In this document: one piece after another, positions 21,910 to 32,587 of the stretch | Layout of the letters: each line of letters starts with the position of its first letter | Position numbering within the stretch: position 1 is the stretch's first letter | NCBI GenBank assembly: GCA_022791395.1 | Contig: JAAVZA010000025.1 | Location: forward strand, 1-61,303 | Length of the DNA: 61,303 bases | Direction of reading: 5' to 3' | From: Clostridia bacterium | GTDB taxonomy: Bacteria > Bacillota > Clostridia > TANB77 > CAG-508 | Translations under genes and position numbers: made by a program | The notes under the pieces: model-generated | Seen by the model: the letters and a program-made list of their open reading frames with translations, nothing else | Database searches by the model: none | Told to the model about the DNA's origin: nothing

Positions 21910-22038
21910 AATTTTAGCAGAGATTTAAGGTCTCTGCTTTTTATTGTTATAAATAGAGTATTGACAGAATATGTCGAAAAGAGGTAGTATAATGATATGA
22001 ATATTATTTATATATAATAATATATTTAAAATAAAAGG

Positions 22039-23328
22039 GTGATAAATTTGAATAAGAAAAGAACTATTATTTGTTGCGTAATCATAGCTGTTGTTGCGTT
22101 AGTTATTGCAATAGGTTTAGTATTATACTTTAACTATCAAAATAATGCTATACCAACCATTTCTTTAATTGGTGATGAAAACATTAATTTACAGCTTAAT
22201 GATAATTACGAAGAACAAGGTGCACAAGCATTTTTAAATAAAGATGATATTAGTAAAAATATAATGATTGATGGAAAAGTTGATACTTCAAAAATAGGTG
22301 AATATAAGTTGAAATATACTATATTTAATTCGAAGAATAAAAATCCTGTATCAGTAGAAAGAATTGTAAAAATAGAAGATAACATAGCACCAGAAATAAC
22401 TTTAAAAGGCAAGGAAGAAGTAAGTATTTATGTTGGTGATACCTATAAAGATGAAGGATGTACAGCAAAAGATAATTATGATGGAGATATCACAAATAAA
22501 ACTAGTATTACTGGTGAAGTTGATACAAAAAAAGAAGGAACATATACTATAACTTATAAAGCTGCAGATTCTTCAAATAACATAGCAGAAAGTACTAGAA
22601 AAGTAATTGTAAAGAAAAAACCAGTAACAGTTACAACAAGTGCATCTACATCAAAAGTAAACACCTCTAAAAGAGGACTTCCTGTTTTAATGTATCATTT
22701 CTTTTATGATGCAAGTAAAGGGGAAAAGGGAGCAGATAATAACTGGATGGAGGTATCAGCTTTCGAAGCTCAAATGAAATATCTAGCAGATAACAATTAT
22801 TACTTTCCCTCTTGGAATGAAGTAGAAGCATATGTAAATGGAACAAAAACATTACCTGCAAAAAGTGTCGTAGTAACAATAGATGATGGTGATGCATCTT
22901 TTATAAAATATGCAATACCAATTATAGAAAAGTATAATGTTAAAGCAACATCTTTTGTTGTAACCAGCTGGAATGGAAACTGGCTTCCAAAATCTTATAA
23001 ATCGAGCCATTTAGACTTTCAATCACATTCACACGATATGCATAGGTCAGGAGCTAATGGAAAAGGAAGATTTGTTAATTTAAGCTATAAAGAAGCATTA
23101 GAAGATGTAACAAAATCAAAAAATATAATTGGAAGCTGTACTGTATTTTGTTATCCTTTTGGACATTATAATGATAATGCAATAAAAGTATTAAAAGATG
23201 CAGGATATAAATTAGCTTTTACAACTAAAAGTGGAAGAGTATATCCAGGACAAAATAAATTTGCCTTGCCTCGTGTTCGTATGTCAAAAGGAATTAGTAT
23301 GTCTGCCTTTAAAGATGCTGTAAAATAA
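22039..23328 (+). CDS. membrane-anchored polysaccharide deacetylase (NodB/CE4) with two Ig-like repeats
   Basis: N-terminal TM. Two repeats of the form '..P.I.L.G...I..G..Y.D.G..A.D..DGDIT'. C-terminal 'VVVTIDDGD' and 'HSHSHDMH' NodB motifs. Confidence 0.8.
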   Translation: MINLNKKRTIICCVIIAVVALVIAIGLVLYFNYQNNAIPTISLIGDENINLQLNDNYEEQGAQAFLNKDDISKNIMIDGKVDTSKIGEYKLKYTIFNSKNKNPVSVERIVKIEDNIAPEITLKGKEEVSIYVGDTYKDEGCTAKDNYDGDITNKTSITGEVDTKKEGTYTITYKAADSSNNIAESTRKVIVKKKPVTVTTSASTSKVNTSKRGLPVLMYHFFYDASKGEKGADNNWMEVSAFEAQMKYLADNNYYFPSWNEVEAYVNGTKTLPAKSVVVTIDDGDASFIKYAIPIIEKYNVKATSFVVTSWNGNWLPKSYKSSHLDFQSHSHDMHRSGANGKGRFVNLSYKEALEDVTKSKNIIGSCTVFCYPFGHYNDNAIKVLKDAGYKLAFTTKSGRVYPGQNKFALPRVRMSKGISMSAFKDAVK

Positions 23329-23426
23329 ATTGCTGTTTTATGTAAAATGTGCTATAATATAATTATAGCAACTATATATAAGCTTAATATGTTATTTTAT
23401 TGAGCGTCTCAAATGGAGGAAAGCAT

Positions 23427-23636
23427 ATGAGAGAAGAAGAAAGAAAAATTATTGAAGAAACAAGACGTGAAAGGGAACGGCAGATTATGATTGAAAAACG
23501 TATTGTTGGCAGATGCCTGACAGAATTAGGACTCGGTTCCATCAGTACAACACAGATCGAGGACTGGCTGAAATTACAGGGCGTAAGTAATCCTGTTGTT
23601 GATAGGCTGGCCAACAACGTTAGAGCTTCTCTCTAA
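23427..23636 (+). CDS. hypothetical 69-aa protein, compositionally atypical, contains in-frame CGG
   Basis: GGAGGA RBS 6 nt before the ATG at 23427. Extended -10 TGTGCTATAAT upstream. More G/C-rich codons (ctg, ggc, gcc) than neighbours. CGG at 23478-23480 is in frame. Confidence 0.4.
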   Translation: MREEERKIIEETRRERERQIMIEKRIVGRCLTELGLGSISTTQIEDWLKLQGVSNPVVDRLANNVRASL

Positions 23637-23648
23637 CTGATGCCAAAC

Positions 23649-23683
23649 AACAAGCCCCCGCACTTGTAATGCGGGGGTTTGTT
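23649..23683. terminator. GC-rich hairpin between the small ORF and guaA
   Basis: AACAAGCCCCCGC / GCGGGGGTTTGTT, a 13-bp stem with 1 mismatch, flanked by A/T runs on both sides. Confidence 0.75.
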
Positions 23684-23693
23684 GCTATATAAG

Positions 23694-25232
23694 TTATTCC
23701 CATTCAATTGTTGCAGGTGGCTTTCCTGTGATATCATAAACTATTCTATTTACATGCTCAACTTCATTTACAATTCTAGCTGAAACTTTCTCTAAAATAT
23801 CGTATGGAATTCTTGCCCATACAGCTGTCATAAAATCTGTAGTGGAAACAGCACGAAGTGCAACAGTATAATCATAAGTTCTATCATCACCCATAACGCC
23901 GACACTTCTTAAGTTTGTTAGAACTGCAAAATATTGATTTATATCTTTATCTAGACCTGCTAATTTTATTTCTTCTCTAAAAATAGCATCAGCATCTTTT
24001 AAAATAGTTAGCTTATCGTCTGTAATATCTCCAATTACACGAATTGCAAGTCCAGGACCAGGGAATGGTTGACGATACACTAAATTTTCTGGAATTCCCA
24101 ATTCTAAACCAGTTTTGCGAACTTCATCTTTAAACAAATCTCTTAAAGGTTCAACTATTTCTTTAAAATCAACATAGTCTGGAAGCCCTCCAACATTATG
24201 ATGGCTTTTAATAGTAGTACCTTTACCTAAACCACTCTCAATAACATCTGGATAAATGGTTCCTTGAACTAAATAATCAACTGTTCCAATTTTTTTTGCT
24301 TCTTCTTCAAATACACGAATGAATTCTTCACCAATTATTTTTCTTTTACTTTCTGGATCTGTAACTCCTGCAAGTTTTTCTAAGAAACGGTCTTTTGCAT
24401 TTACTCTAATTAAGTTAATATCAAACTGATTTCTAAAAATTTCTTCAACTTCGTCGCCTTCATTTTTACGAAGTAAACCATGATCAACAAATATACAAGT
24501 TAGATTTTTTCCTATAGCTTTATGTAATAAAACTGCTGCAACAGAAGAATCAACACCACCAGATAGAGCACATAGAGCTTTTTTATCTCCGATTTTTTCT
24601 CTTAAACTTTTAATAGATTCTTCTACAAAAGATGACATTTTCCAATCTCCAGAACATCCGCAAACATTAAATAAGAAGTTTTTAATAATATTAGTTCCAT
24701 TTACAGTGTTGTTTACTTCAGGATGAAATTGAATTCCATAGAGCTTCTTTTCAGCATTTTCCATAGCAGCAGTAGGGCAGGTAGCAGTTTTACCAATTAC
24801 TTTAAAGCCCTCTGGAACTTGTGATACAAAATCTGTATGGCTCATTAAGCAATCATTTATTTCTTCAAATCCTTTAAATAGTAATGACGAATTATCAATA
24901 TTAACTGGTACTACACCATATTCACGTTTATCTGCTCTTGTAACATTTCCACCTAAAATATGAGTCATTAGTTGCATACCATAACAAATTCCTAAAATAG
25001 GAATACCTAGTTCAAATATTTTAGGATAGCACATTTTAGCATCTTCAACATAAACACTAGATGGACCGCCTGTAAAGATAATTCCTTTTGGATTTTTTTC
25101 TTTAATCTTTTCAAGTGAAATATCATAAGGTACAATTTCTGAATATACATTACATTCTCTAACACGTCTTGCAATTAATTGATTATATTGACCAAAAAAG
25201 TCCAATATTAAGATAGTTTCATTCGCTTTCAA
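23694..25232 (-). CDS. guaA: GMP synthase (glutamine-hydrolysing)
   Basis: GATase 'GICYGMQL', PP-loop 'SGGVDSSV', C-terminal 'KPPATIEWE'. Confidence 0.96.
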   Translation of the reverse strand: MKANETILILDFFGQYNQLIARRVRECNVYSEIVPYDISLEKIKEKNPKGIIFTGGPSSVYVEDAKMCYPKIFELGIPILGICYGMQLMTHILGGNVTRADKREYGVVPVNIDNSSLLFKGFEEINDCLMSHTDFVSQVPEGFKVIGKTATCPTAAMENAEKKLYGIQFHPEVNNTVNGTNIIKNFLFNVCGCSGDWKMSSFVEESIKSLREKIGDKKALCALSGGVDSSVAAVLLHKAIGKNLTCIFVDHGLLRKNEGDEVEEIFRNQFDINLIRVNAKDRFLEKLAGVTDPESKRKIIGEEFIRVFEEEAKKIGTVDYLVQGTIYPDVIESGLGKGTTIKSHHNVGGLPDYVDFKEIVEPLRDLFKDEVRKTGLELGIPENLVYRQPFPGPGLAIRVIGDITDDKLTILKDADAIFREEIKLAGLDKDINQYFAVLTNLRSVGVMGDDRTYDYTVALRAVSTTDFMTAVWARIPYDILEKVSARIVNEVEHVNRIVYDITGKPPATIEWE

Positions 25233-25421
25233 AATTTTCTCCTCCTAAATTACAAATTTATATATATTTTAGCACGATTTTACTAAAAAGTACAGAATAT
25301 TTTTCTTTTTTACATTTAAAACTATATGTTCATTTACAAGATACAAGAATTATATATATTTACAGTGGAAATATTGTAAGTTTACAAAATGCATGATATA
25401 ATCTCAGCTGAAGGTGATTAT

Positions 25422-25955
25422 ATGGAAGAAATGATAGATGTTTTAGATGAGAATGGAATAAAAACAGGAGAAATTTTAACAAGGAAAGAAATGCATAAGA
25501 AAGGAATATGGCATAGATGTATTGTTGTTGCAATTATTGATAATAATAATCAAATATTAATGCAACAACGTTCTTACAAAAAAGATACAAATCCGGGGAA
25601 ATGGGATATATCTGTAGCAGGACATATATCGGCTGGGCAAACTTCTTTAGAAGCAGCCACAAGAGAAGTAGAGGAAGAAGTAGGAATTCATTTAGAGGAT
25701 AAAGATTTACAATATATTTTCACAACCAAAAATCAAAGCAGGCCAAAAGAAGACCATATCGCAAGCCATTTTTACGACTTTTATATTGCGAAAATAAATA
25801 AAATTGATATGGATCATATCACATTACAAGAAAGCGAAGTTGAAAACGCAAAATTAGTAGATAAAGAAGAATTTAAATATATGATAGAACATGAAAACAT
25901 GGTAAAAAGAGAGGAAATTTACAATGCTCTATTAGAATACTTATTTAAAAAATAG
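25422..25955 (+). CDS. NUDIX hydrolase
   Basis: Nudix box 'GHISAGQTSLEAATREVEEEVG'. The ATG at 25422 follows GAAGGTGA. Confidence 0.75.
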   Translation: MEEMIDVLDENGIKTGEILTRKEMHKKGIWHRCIVVAIIDNNNQILMQQRSYKKDTNPGKWDISVAGHISAGQTSLEAATREVEEEVGIHLEDKDLQYIFTTKNQSRPKEDHIASHFYDFYIAKINKIDMDHITLQESEVENAKLVDKEEFKYMIEHENMVKREEIYNALLEYLFKK

Positions 25956-25967
25956 GAGGAATATATA

Positions 25968-26822
25968 ATGATATTAAATAATTGGTTATTATATGTACTA
26001 TTATATTTAGCTTTTGCAACAATATTTACACAGTTTTTTAAAGTTGCAACAAAAACATTGAAAAATGCAGGAGCATTAACTATACTACTACAAATTGGAG
26101 CAGGAATAGTATCTTTGCTATTATGTCCGTTTTTTGAATTTAAGTTTCCAACAGATATAAGTGTTTATATTATGCTTGCTATATCAATTATATTTTATGC
26201 AATAACTGATAGAGTAAATACTACAGTAAGAAGTGGTATAGAAGCTTCAACTTTTAGTATGCTAAAGCAATTATCAAATACTTTTATGATATTTGCAGGT
26301 TTAATCTTTTTTAAAGAAGATTTTATTTTAACAAAATTTATTGGTGCAATGCTTATAATCTTTAGTAATGTTATTATCTTTTATAAAAAAGGTAAGTTTG
26401 AGTTTAATAGATGTATTTTATTAGGAATACTAGCAAATATTTCTTATACAATTGCTTTATTTTTAGATGTAAATATATCAGATAATTTTAATCTACCCTT
26501 CTATGTAGCATTAACACTAATTATACCAGCACTTTTAATTATGATTTTTGAAAGAATAAAGCCATCTGACATAAAAAACGAATTAGTAAATGGAAACAAA
26601 AAAGCAATACTAATAACAGCTTTATCATGGGGAATAATGATAATTGTTCAATTAAGAGCATATCAATTAGGTAATGTTACAATAATTGCGCCACTTTGTG
26701 CTTTAACTGTAATGCTAAATGTAATATTTGGATATTTATTCTTAAATGAAAGAGATAATTTATTGAAAAAAATTATTTCTGCAATATTAATTATTATTAG
26801 TATTGTATTAATAAAAATTTAA
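25968..26822 (+). CDS. EamA/DMT-family transporter
   Basis: 284 aa, about 10 hydrophobic helices in two EamA-like halves. Confidence 0.65.
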   Translation: MILNNWLLYVLLYLAFATIFTQFFKVATKTLKNAGALTILLQIGAGIVSLLLCPFFEFKFPTDISVYIMLAISIIFYAITDRVNTTVRSGIEASTFSMLKQLSNTFMIFAGLIFFKEDFILTKFIGAMLIIFSNVIIFYKKGKFEFNRCILLGILANISYTIALFLDVNISDNFNLPFYVALTLIIPALLIMIFERIKPSDIKNELVNGNKKAILITALSWGIMIIVQLRAYQLGNVTIIAPLCALTVMLNVIFGYLFLNERDNLLKKIISAILIIISIVLIKI

Positions 26823-26923
26823 TCAATATAAAATAATTCTTAAAACATATTTGAACCAGGTTGCAAAATTTACATAATTTCATAATATATTATAGATGAC
26901 AAAAAGAGAGGGGGATATATATT

Positions 26924-27503
26924 TTGAAATTAGAAGGTAAAAAAGTGGGTTTCGCAATGACTGGTTCTTTTTGTACATTTAAAAGCACAATTCCAAAAAT
27001 AAAGGAAATTGTTAATCAAGGGGCAGAAGTTATACCAATAATGTCTTTTAATGCTTATAATCTAGATACAAAATTTGGAAAAGCACAAGATTTTATAGAA
27101 GAAATAGAAGAAATAACAGGTAAAAAAATTATTCATACAATTACAGATGCAGAACCAATTCGGACCTAAAAAAATGACAGACATTATGATAATTGCACCT
27201 TGTACAGGTAATACAATTTCTAAGCTTACAAGTGCCATAACAGATACACCAGTAACAATGGCTGCAAAATCACATTTAAGAAATAATAATTCTTTAGTAA
27301 TTGCAGTGTCTACAAATGATGCATTAAGTGGTAGTGCATCAAATATAGGTACTTTATTAAATAGAAACAACTATTTTTTTGTTCCATTTAGACAGGATAA
27401 TCCAATAACTAAACCACGTTCACTAGTTTTTGATCCAGAATATATTATAAAAACGTTAGAATGTGCGTTAGACAAGGAACAAATTCAGCCAATTATATTA
27501 TGA
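26924..27503 (+). CDS. dpaB: dipicolinate synthase subunit B (SpoVFB-type flavoprotein); requires +1 shift at CGG 27161
   Basis: Joins track ORFs 26924..27169 and 27147..27503. 'GKKVGFAMTGSFCTF', 'IIAPCTGNT' and 'TNDALS' match SpoVFB as I recall it. TTG start. Confidence 0.8.
27161..27163 (+). other. zero-frame CGG / +1 frame-break site (dpaB)
   Basis: 'cca att CGG acc taa'. Skipping the C gives GGA CCT AAA AAA ATG ACA (G-P-K-K-M-T-D-I-M-I-I-A-P). Confidence 0.85.
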
Positions 27504-27573
27504 ACATAATCTTCCCTGCAACAGTTATATAGTTGCAGGGATTTTTCTATCTATATATTTTACAAAACAATAC

Positions 27574-27658
27574 GAACATTTTTTCACTTTTTTCTAAAAA
27601 AGTATTGACAAAGAACTTTTGTTTGTTTATAATTAATCCATAAAAAGAAAATATGTTC
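27574..27658 (+). promoter_or_regulatory. sigma-A promoter overlapped by LexA (Cheo-box-like) half-palindromes
   Basis: TTGACA at 27605-27610, 17-nt spacer, TATAAT at 27628-27633. GAAC-N4-GTTT at 27613-27624 lies inside the spacer. GAAA-N4-GTTC is at 27647-27658 and GAAC-N4-TTTC at 27574-27585. Confidence 0.5.
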
Positions 27659-27709
27659 GTATAACAATATATCAAATCTGTATATTTATATAAATAGGGG
27701 GAAGATAAA

Positions 27710-28012
27710 ATGAAGTTTAAAATAGTTAATTTATCAAAATTTATAAGAAGTATTTTAGTTATATTAGGAATAATAATATGTATTAGTTTATTTATAAGTA
27801 ATATAAGTTTTTCACATACAGAAACAACCTATAGAACCATTTGTGTTTCAAATGGTGACACTTTATGGAGTATTGCAAAAGAAGAGAAAATTTCAAATTC
27901 TTATTATACAAATAAAGATGTTAGAGATATTGTAAATAATATAAAAGACATAAACAAATTAACTAACTGTGATTTATCTATTGGGCAAAAACTTTTAATA
28001 CCTAATATTTAA
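27710..28012 (+). CDS. small TM + LysM protein (YneA-like candidate SOS division inhibitor)
   Basis: 100 aa. N-terminal TM helix and a C-terminal LysM domain ('VSNGDTLWSIAKE....IGQKLLIP'). Confidence 0.6.
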   Translation: MKFKIVNLSKFIRSILVILGIIICISLFISNISFSHTETTYRTICVSNGDTLWSIAKEEKISNSYYTNKDVRDIVNNIKDINKLTNCDLSIGQKLLIPNI

Positions 28013-28025
28013 TAGGGGCTGTAGG

Positions 28026-28057
28026 GAACCAGCCTGCATACATATGCAGGCTGGTTC
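28026..28057. terminator. bidirectional hairpin between the LysM gene and the xer gene
   Basis: GAACCAGCCTGCAT...ATGCAGGCTGGTTC, a near-perfect palindrome. Confidence 0.75.
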
Positions 28058-28086
28058 TATTTCTTAATCTATAGGTAAATATGAAA

Positions 28087-29061
28087 CTATATATTTGCTA
28101 AAGGATTGCTTTCTACAGCATTACGAACTCTTTCATTTTCGACATGAGTATATATTTCAGTAGTAGAAATACTAGCATGTCCAAGTAGTTCTTGTAAAGC
28201 ACGTATATCTACATTTCCATATTGGTACATAAGAGTTGCAGCAGTATGTCTAAGTTTATGCACAGAATATTTATTTGTATCAAGTCCAGCTTTTCTTAGT
28301 TCATTTTTTATAATATATTGTACCGTTCTGTTACTAATACGTTCACGTCTCTCACTTAAAAATAGAGCATCTTTAGAATCGTATTTAACTCCTTCTTTAG
28401 GTCTAATATCTAAATACTCTTTAATAGCTCTCATACAAGCATTATTTAAGTAAATAGTACGTTCTTTATTACCTTTACCTATAACTGTCATTTTACAATC
28501 ATCAAACTTAATATCTTTTATATTAATATTTACAAGTTCAGATAAACGCATTCCGCAATTTAAAAACAAAGTGGTAATAGCATAATCTCTTTCACAATTC
28601 CTATTATCTTCATTACTAGCAACATCTAATAATTTCTTACTATCATCTAAAGTAAGATATTTGGGCATACGTTTTTCTTGTTTTGGTGTTTCTAAATTTT
28701 GAGCTGGATTAGTCTCGATTAACTTTGCTTTTGCTGATAAATACTTAAAAAATATACGTATACTAGAAACTTTTCGTGCTCTAGTTGCAGATTTACTTTT
28801 AAGCTCAGTTGCAAGATATGATACAAATGCATGTATATCGTCTAAAGTAATCTTTTTTATTGTCTCTAAATCTATATCTTTTATAATGATTTTTGAAAAA
28901 TCGGTTTCGTTTGTAAGTCCAAAATGTATTTTAATATATTTAAGAAATGTAGCAAGGTCATAGTTATATTCTTTTATTGAGTTTGGCGATTTATTTAGTA
29001 TTGTTATACTATAATCTAAAAAAGAATTTAGATATTCTGGATTGTCATCTCTATTAATCAT
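28087..29061 (-). CDS. tyrosine recombinase, XerC/XerD family
   Basis: 'HKLRHTAATLMY', 'LGHASISTTEIYTHV' and the R..H-R-Y catalytic layout. Confidence 0.85.
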   Translation of the reverse strand: MINRDDNPEYLNSFLDYSITILNKSPNSIKEYNYDLATFLKYIKIHFGLTNETDFSKIIIKDIDLETIKKITLDDIHAFVSYLATELKSKSATRARKVSSIRIFFKYLSAKAKLIETNPAQNLETPKQEKRMPKYLTLDDSKKLLDVASNEDNRNCERDYAITTLFLNCGMRLSELVNINIKDIKFDDCKMTVIGKGNKERTIYLNNACMRAIKEYLDIRPKEGVKYDSKDALFLSERRERISNRTVQYIIKNELRKAGLDTNKYSVHKLRHTAATLMYQYGNVDIRALQELLGHASISTTEIYTHVENERVRNAVESNPLANI

Positions 29062-29244
29062 ATAAAACCTCCAAGTTTTAAATTTGACTGATTAAATTAT
29101 ACATCAAAATTTAAAAATTTTGTACAATGTTTATGTATTTTTTGAAAAAAGTACATAGAAGTTATTTGACAAAAGAGATTTAACATTATACAATATCTAA
29201 AATGGTAATAAATCTTTAATAAGAAATATAAGAGGGAAAAATAT

Positions 29245-30474
29245 ATGCAATCTTTACAGGAATTATATAAAATAGGAAATGGTCCATCTAGTTCACATAC
29301 AATGGGCCCCAAAAAGGCTACAGAAATATTTAGAAACAAATATTCAAATGCTGATAAGTTTAAAATTATATTATATGGATCACTTGCTTTAACTGGCAAA
29401 GGACATTTAACAGATCACATTATAAGAGAAACCTTAATAGGTTATGAAGTAGAAATTGAATTCGATACAAAAACTGATTGTGATGTTCATCCAAATACTT
29501 TTGATATATTTGCATATAAAGAAGACAAATTATTGGATAACTGGAGAGTGTATTCAATTGGAGGAGGCAGTTTTAAAATACAAAATAAACAAGATGTTAT
29601 TGTTGAAAATATATATAAACAAAAGAATTTTAAGGAAATAAAAGAATATATCAAAGAAAACAATATAGATTTATATGATTATGTTTGTCTAGTAGAAGGA
29701 AAAGAAAAAATAACATCTTTTTTAACAGTGGTTTGGGAAACAATGCAACAAACAATAAAAAATGGTTTGACTACAACTGGAATAATACCAGGAAGATTAA
29801 AACTGCCAAGAAGAGCAAAGAAAATTTATGAAAATAAATTAAACTTTGAAACAAATGATATAAAAAAGACAAGATTACTTAGTAGTTATGCATATGCAAC
29901 AAGTGAAGAAAATGCAAGTGGTGGAATTATTGTAACCGCTCCAACATGTGGAGCGTGTGGAGTATTACCTGCTGTATTATACTATATGAAAGAAGAATAT
30001 CATATTAATGATGAGCAAATAGTAAAATCTTTGGCTGTTGCAGGTGTAATAGGAAATATTATAAAAACAAATGCATCTATTAGTGGAGCTGAATGTGGTT
30101 GTCAAGCTGAAATTGGAACTGCCTGTTCTATGGCAGCAGCAGCAGTTGCATATTTATTTGGATTAGATATTGATAGAATTGAAAATTCTGCAGAAGTTGC
30201 AATGGAACATCATTTAGGTTTAACTTGTGATCCTATTTATGGATATGTTCAAATTCCATGCATAGAAAGAAATGCTGTTGCAGCAATGCGTGCCTTTGAT
30301 GCAGCTATATTATCTTCAATGTTAGAAACAAATAAAAAAATTTCATTTGATTTAGTTGTAGAAACAATGTATGAAACAGGAAAAGATTTAGGAAAACACT
30401 ATAGAGAAACAAGTGAAGGTGGATTAGCTAAAAAGTACTGTAGAAATAAGTATTTTAATAAAGAATTATTATAA
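29245..30474 (+). CDS. sdaA: L-serine ammonia-lyase (Fe-S dependent, single chain)
   Basis: N-terminal 'GNGPSSSHTMGP' and 'SGAECGCQAEIGTA'. Confidence 0.88.
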   Translation: MQSLQELYKIGNGPSSSHTMGPKKATEIFRNKYSNADKFKIILYGSLALTGKGHLTDHIIRETLIGYEVEIEFDTKTDCDVHPNTFDIFAYKEDKLLDNWRVYSIGGGSFKIQNKQDVIVENIYKQKNFKEIKEYIKENNIDLYDYVCLVEGKEKITSFLTVVWETMQQTIKNGLTTTGIIPGRLKLPRRAKKIYENKLNFETNDIKKTRLLSSYAYATSEENASGGIIVTAPTCGACGVLPAVLYYMKEEYHINDEQIVKSLAVAGVIGNIIKTNASISGAECGCQAEIGTACSMAAAAVAYLFGLDIDRIENSAEVAMEHHLGLTCDPIYGYVQIPCIERNAVAAMRAFDAAILSSMLETNKKISFDLVVETMYETGKDLGKHYRETSEGGLAKKYCRNKYFNKELL

Positions 30475-30537
30475 AAAATAACAAATTTATACATCTTAAT
30501 AAACAATATATAATACTTTAATATATTTTCAGATAAA

Positions 30538-31176
30538 TTGAAGGGAATTGATATGCAAGTAGGAATCTTTAAAGACAAGGAAGATATTGAGATTACTTTG
30601 ACTGACGATAAAATTATTAATATAACAGGAATGATGGGATCTGGGAAAACAACATTAGCTCGTAAAATAAGCAATACCGAAAATATTGAATTATTAAGTC
30701 TAGATTGGATGTTTGGATATAGTTTAGGAAATAGACCAGAAAAAGTTAAGAATATTTTAAATGAATTTGAAAAGATACATCCTGAAACAAAAAATCAAAC
30801 AATATTTCAATATTTTAACAAAAGAAAAAAAGATAAAAAAGTTGATTTAAAATACCATCAATATTCTGATAAAATATATACATATTTAATAAAAAAAATA
30901 AATGCACCACAAATTATTGAAGGCAGACATATTTATGAATATATTAACCCAAATTTTCTAAAAGGAAAAATTATTATAAAAAGGACAAGTTTAATTCATG
31001 CATATAAAAGAGCTTTTAAAAGAGATTTATTTAAAAAGATAGAATTATATAAAAAACAAGAAATAAAAATTAATGAGGTTTTTGATAAATTTTATCAAAG
31101 AGCGAGAGTTCCTATATATGATTATATAAAAATAAATAAATTTATAAATAAAGTTTTAGAATTAAAATTTAAATAA
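30538..31176 (+). CDS. P-loop NTPase/kinase-like protein
   Basis: Walker A 'GMMGSGKTTLA'. The start is uncertain (TTG 30538 or ATG 30553). Confidence 0.5.
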   Translation: MKGIDMQVGIFKDKEDIEITLTDDKIINITGMMGSGKTTLARKISNTENIELLSLDWMFGYSLGNRPEKVKNILNEFEKIHPETKNQTIFQYFNKRKKDKKVDLKYHQYSDKIYTYLIKKINAPQIIEGRHIYEYINPNFLKGKIIIKRTSLIHAYKRAFKRDLFKKIELYKKQEIKINEVFDKFYQRARVPIYDYIKINKFINKVLELKFK

Positions 31177-31303
31177 CAAAATGTGTAATTACATATTCTT
31201 CAATAAAGCAATATAAATTTTTCTTATAATAGTGAATTGATATAATTAAAAGAATAGTAGCAATTAAGTTGACAAAGTAACATAATTTTAATATAATGAA
31301 ATT

Positions 31304-32110
31304 ATGGATAATAGAATAAGATTTGAAGAATTAATTAAATATATAGAAACACATTTGACTGAAAAAATTAATTATATTGAATTGTCAAAAATATTAGCAG
31401 TTTCAGAACAGTCAATGCAAAGAATTTTCGTTTTTATTACTAATATGTCTTTATCAGAATATATTAGAAAAAGAAGACTAAGTAAAGCATATGAAGAATT
31501 AAAAAATTCAGATATAAAAATACTAGATTTAGCTATTAAATATCAATATGAATCAGAAATATCTTTTTCTAGAAGTTTTAGGAATATGTTTAATATGACA
31601 CCTAGTGAGTGTAGAAAAAGTAATATTGAATTTATACAATTTCCAGTATATCAATTTAATCAACTTAATACACCTTTTAAATATTCATATAAAATTGAAG
31701 GAATTGAGGAAATACAATTATATGGATACAAAACTCCATATGCAAAAACAAAAGAAGATTTTTTGTATAGGATTAGAGAGTTATATCAGAATTTAAAAGA
31801 TAGAAATATATTTGAAAAAATTGTAGAATTAGGTATGTATGGAGTTACCTTTAGACAAGAGGATAATACAGAGATATATTATGTGGGATGTAAGGAAAAA
31901 CTTGAAAACTCTGAACCCGTTAAAATTATAGCTGGAAAATATGCGGTATTTGATTGTGGCGGTGCTAACCAATCAGATATTGCACCTTTAATATATAACA
32001 TTTATACTCAATTTGTTTTATCTACTAATTTAAATATAGATCTAAATTATTGCTTTGAGCATTATGATAAAAATGATAATTGTTACCTATATATACATAT
32101 AAAAAGCTAA
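31304..32110 (+). CDS. AraC-family regulator with GyrI-like effector domain
   Basis: HTH_AraC 'SEISFSRSFRNMFNMTPSECRK', then a C-terminal SRPBCC/GyrI-like half. Confidence 0.75.
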   Translation: MDNRIRFEELIKYIETHLTEKINYIELSKILAVSEQSMQRIFVFITNMSLSEYIRKRRLSKAYEELKNSDIKILDLAIKYQYESEISFSRSFRNMFNMTPSECRKSNIEFIQFPVYQFNQLNTPFKYSYKIEGIEEIQLYGYKTPYAKTKEDFLYRIRELYQNLKDRNIFEKIVELGMYGVTFRQEDNTEIYYVGCKEKLENSEPVKIIAGKYAVFDCGGANQSDIAPLIYNIYTQFVLSTNLNIDLNYCFEHYDKNDNCYLYIHIKS

Positions 32111-32227
32111 CAAAACTCATATGCGTTTTGTTGGTTTTTACTTTTTATTTTATGTTAATATTATATTAATGTAACGTATTAATCTTTCTAGATATTTTTA
32201 GAAAACAAATCATGAGAGGAGAACAAT

Positions 32228-32515
32228 ATGACACGTGACAATGTAAGAGGAAAAATGACATTCAAATTTGAAAACAGAAAGGACGGTAAAAAGGCTCTTG
32301 TAGACATTGAGTTGGATGAAATAGCAATGATCGAAATCACCAACTTTATTGATGGCTTTTACGCGGGAACAAAGAGTGTGATGTTTGGGCATATTTATGG
32401 CTCAGTTGAGTGGAAGATTGCTGACAAAATAATATCTCGTTATATCGACCTCGATAGCACTACTTCCAGACATCTGGTCTACGAGTTACTTTGCAAAAAA
32501 CTCGATAGATTTTAA
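32228..32515 (+). CDS. hypothetical 95-aa protein, compositionally atypical
   Basis: GAGAGGAG RBS. Higher GC than flanks. Followed by a 16-bp perfect hairpin. Confidence 0.45.
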   Translation: MTRDNVRGKMTFKFENRKDGKKALVDIELDEIAMIEITNFIDGFYAGTKSVMFGHIYGSVEWKIADKIISRYIDLDSTTSRHLVYELLCKKLDRF

Positions 32516-32544
32516 TGGGTATTTAATGCTATTGTAATAGCATT

Positions 32545-32587
32545 AGCAACGAAATGTAAGTGTTAAGCTTACATTTCGTTGCTTTTA
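32545..32587 (+). terminator. intrinsic terminator
   Basis: AGCAACGAAATGTAAG (32545-60) pairs with CTTACATTTCGTTGCT (32568-83), a perfect 16-bp stem followed by TTTTAT. Confidence 0.85.

Noticed and set aside
29097-29399. 100-aa - strand ORF overlapping the sdaA start.
   Set aside because: It overlaps the conserved N-terminus of L-serine dehydratase on the opposite strand and the xer/sdaA intergenic promoter region. It has no RBS.
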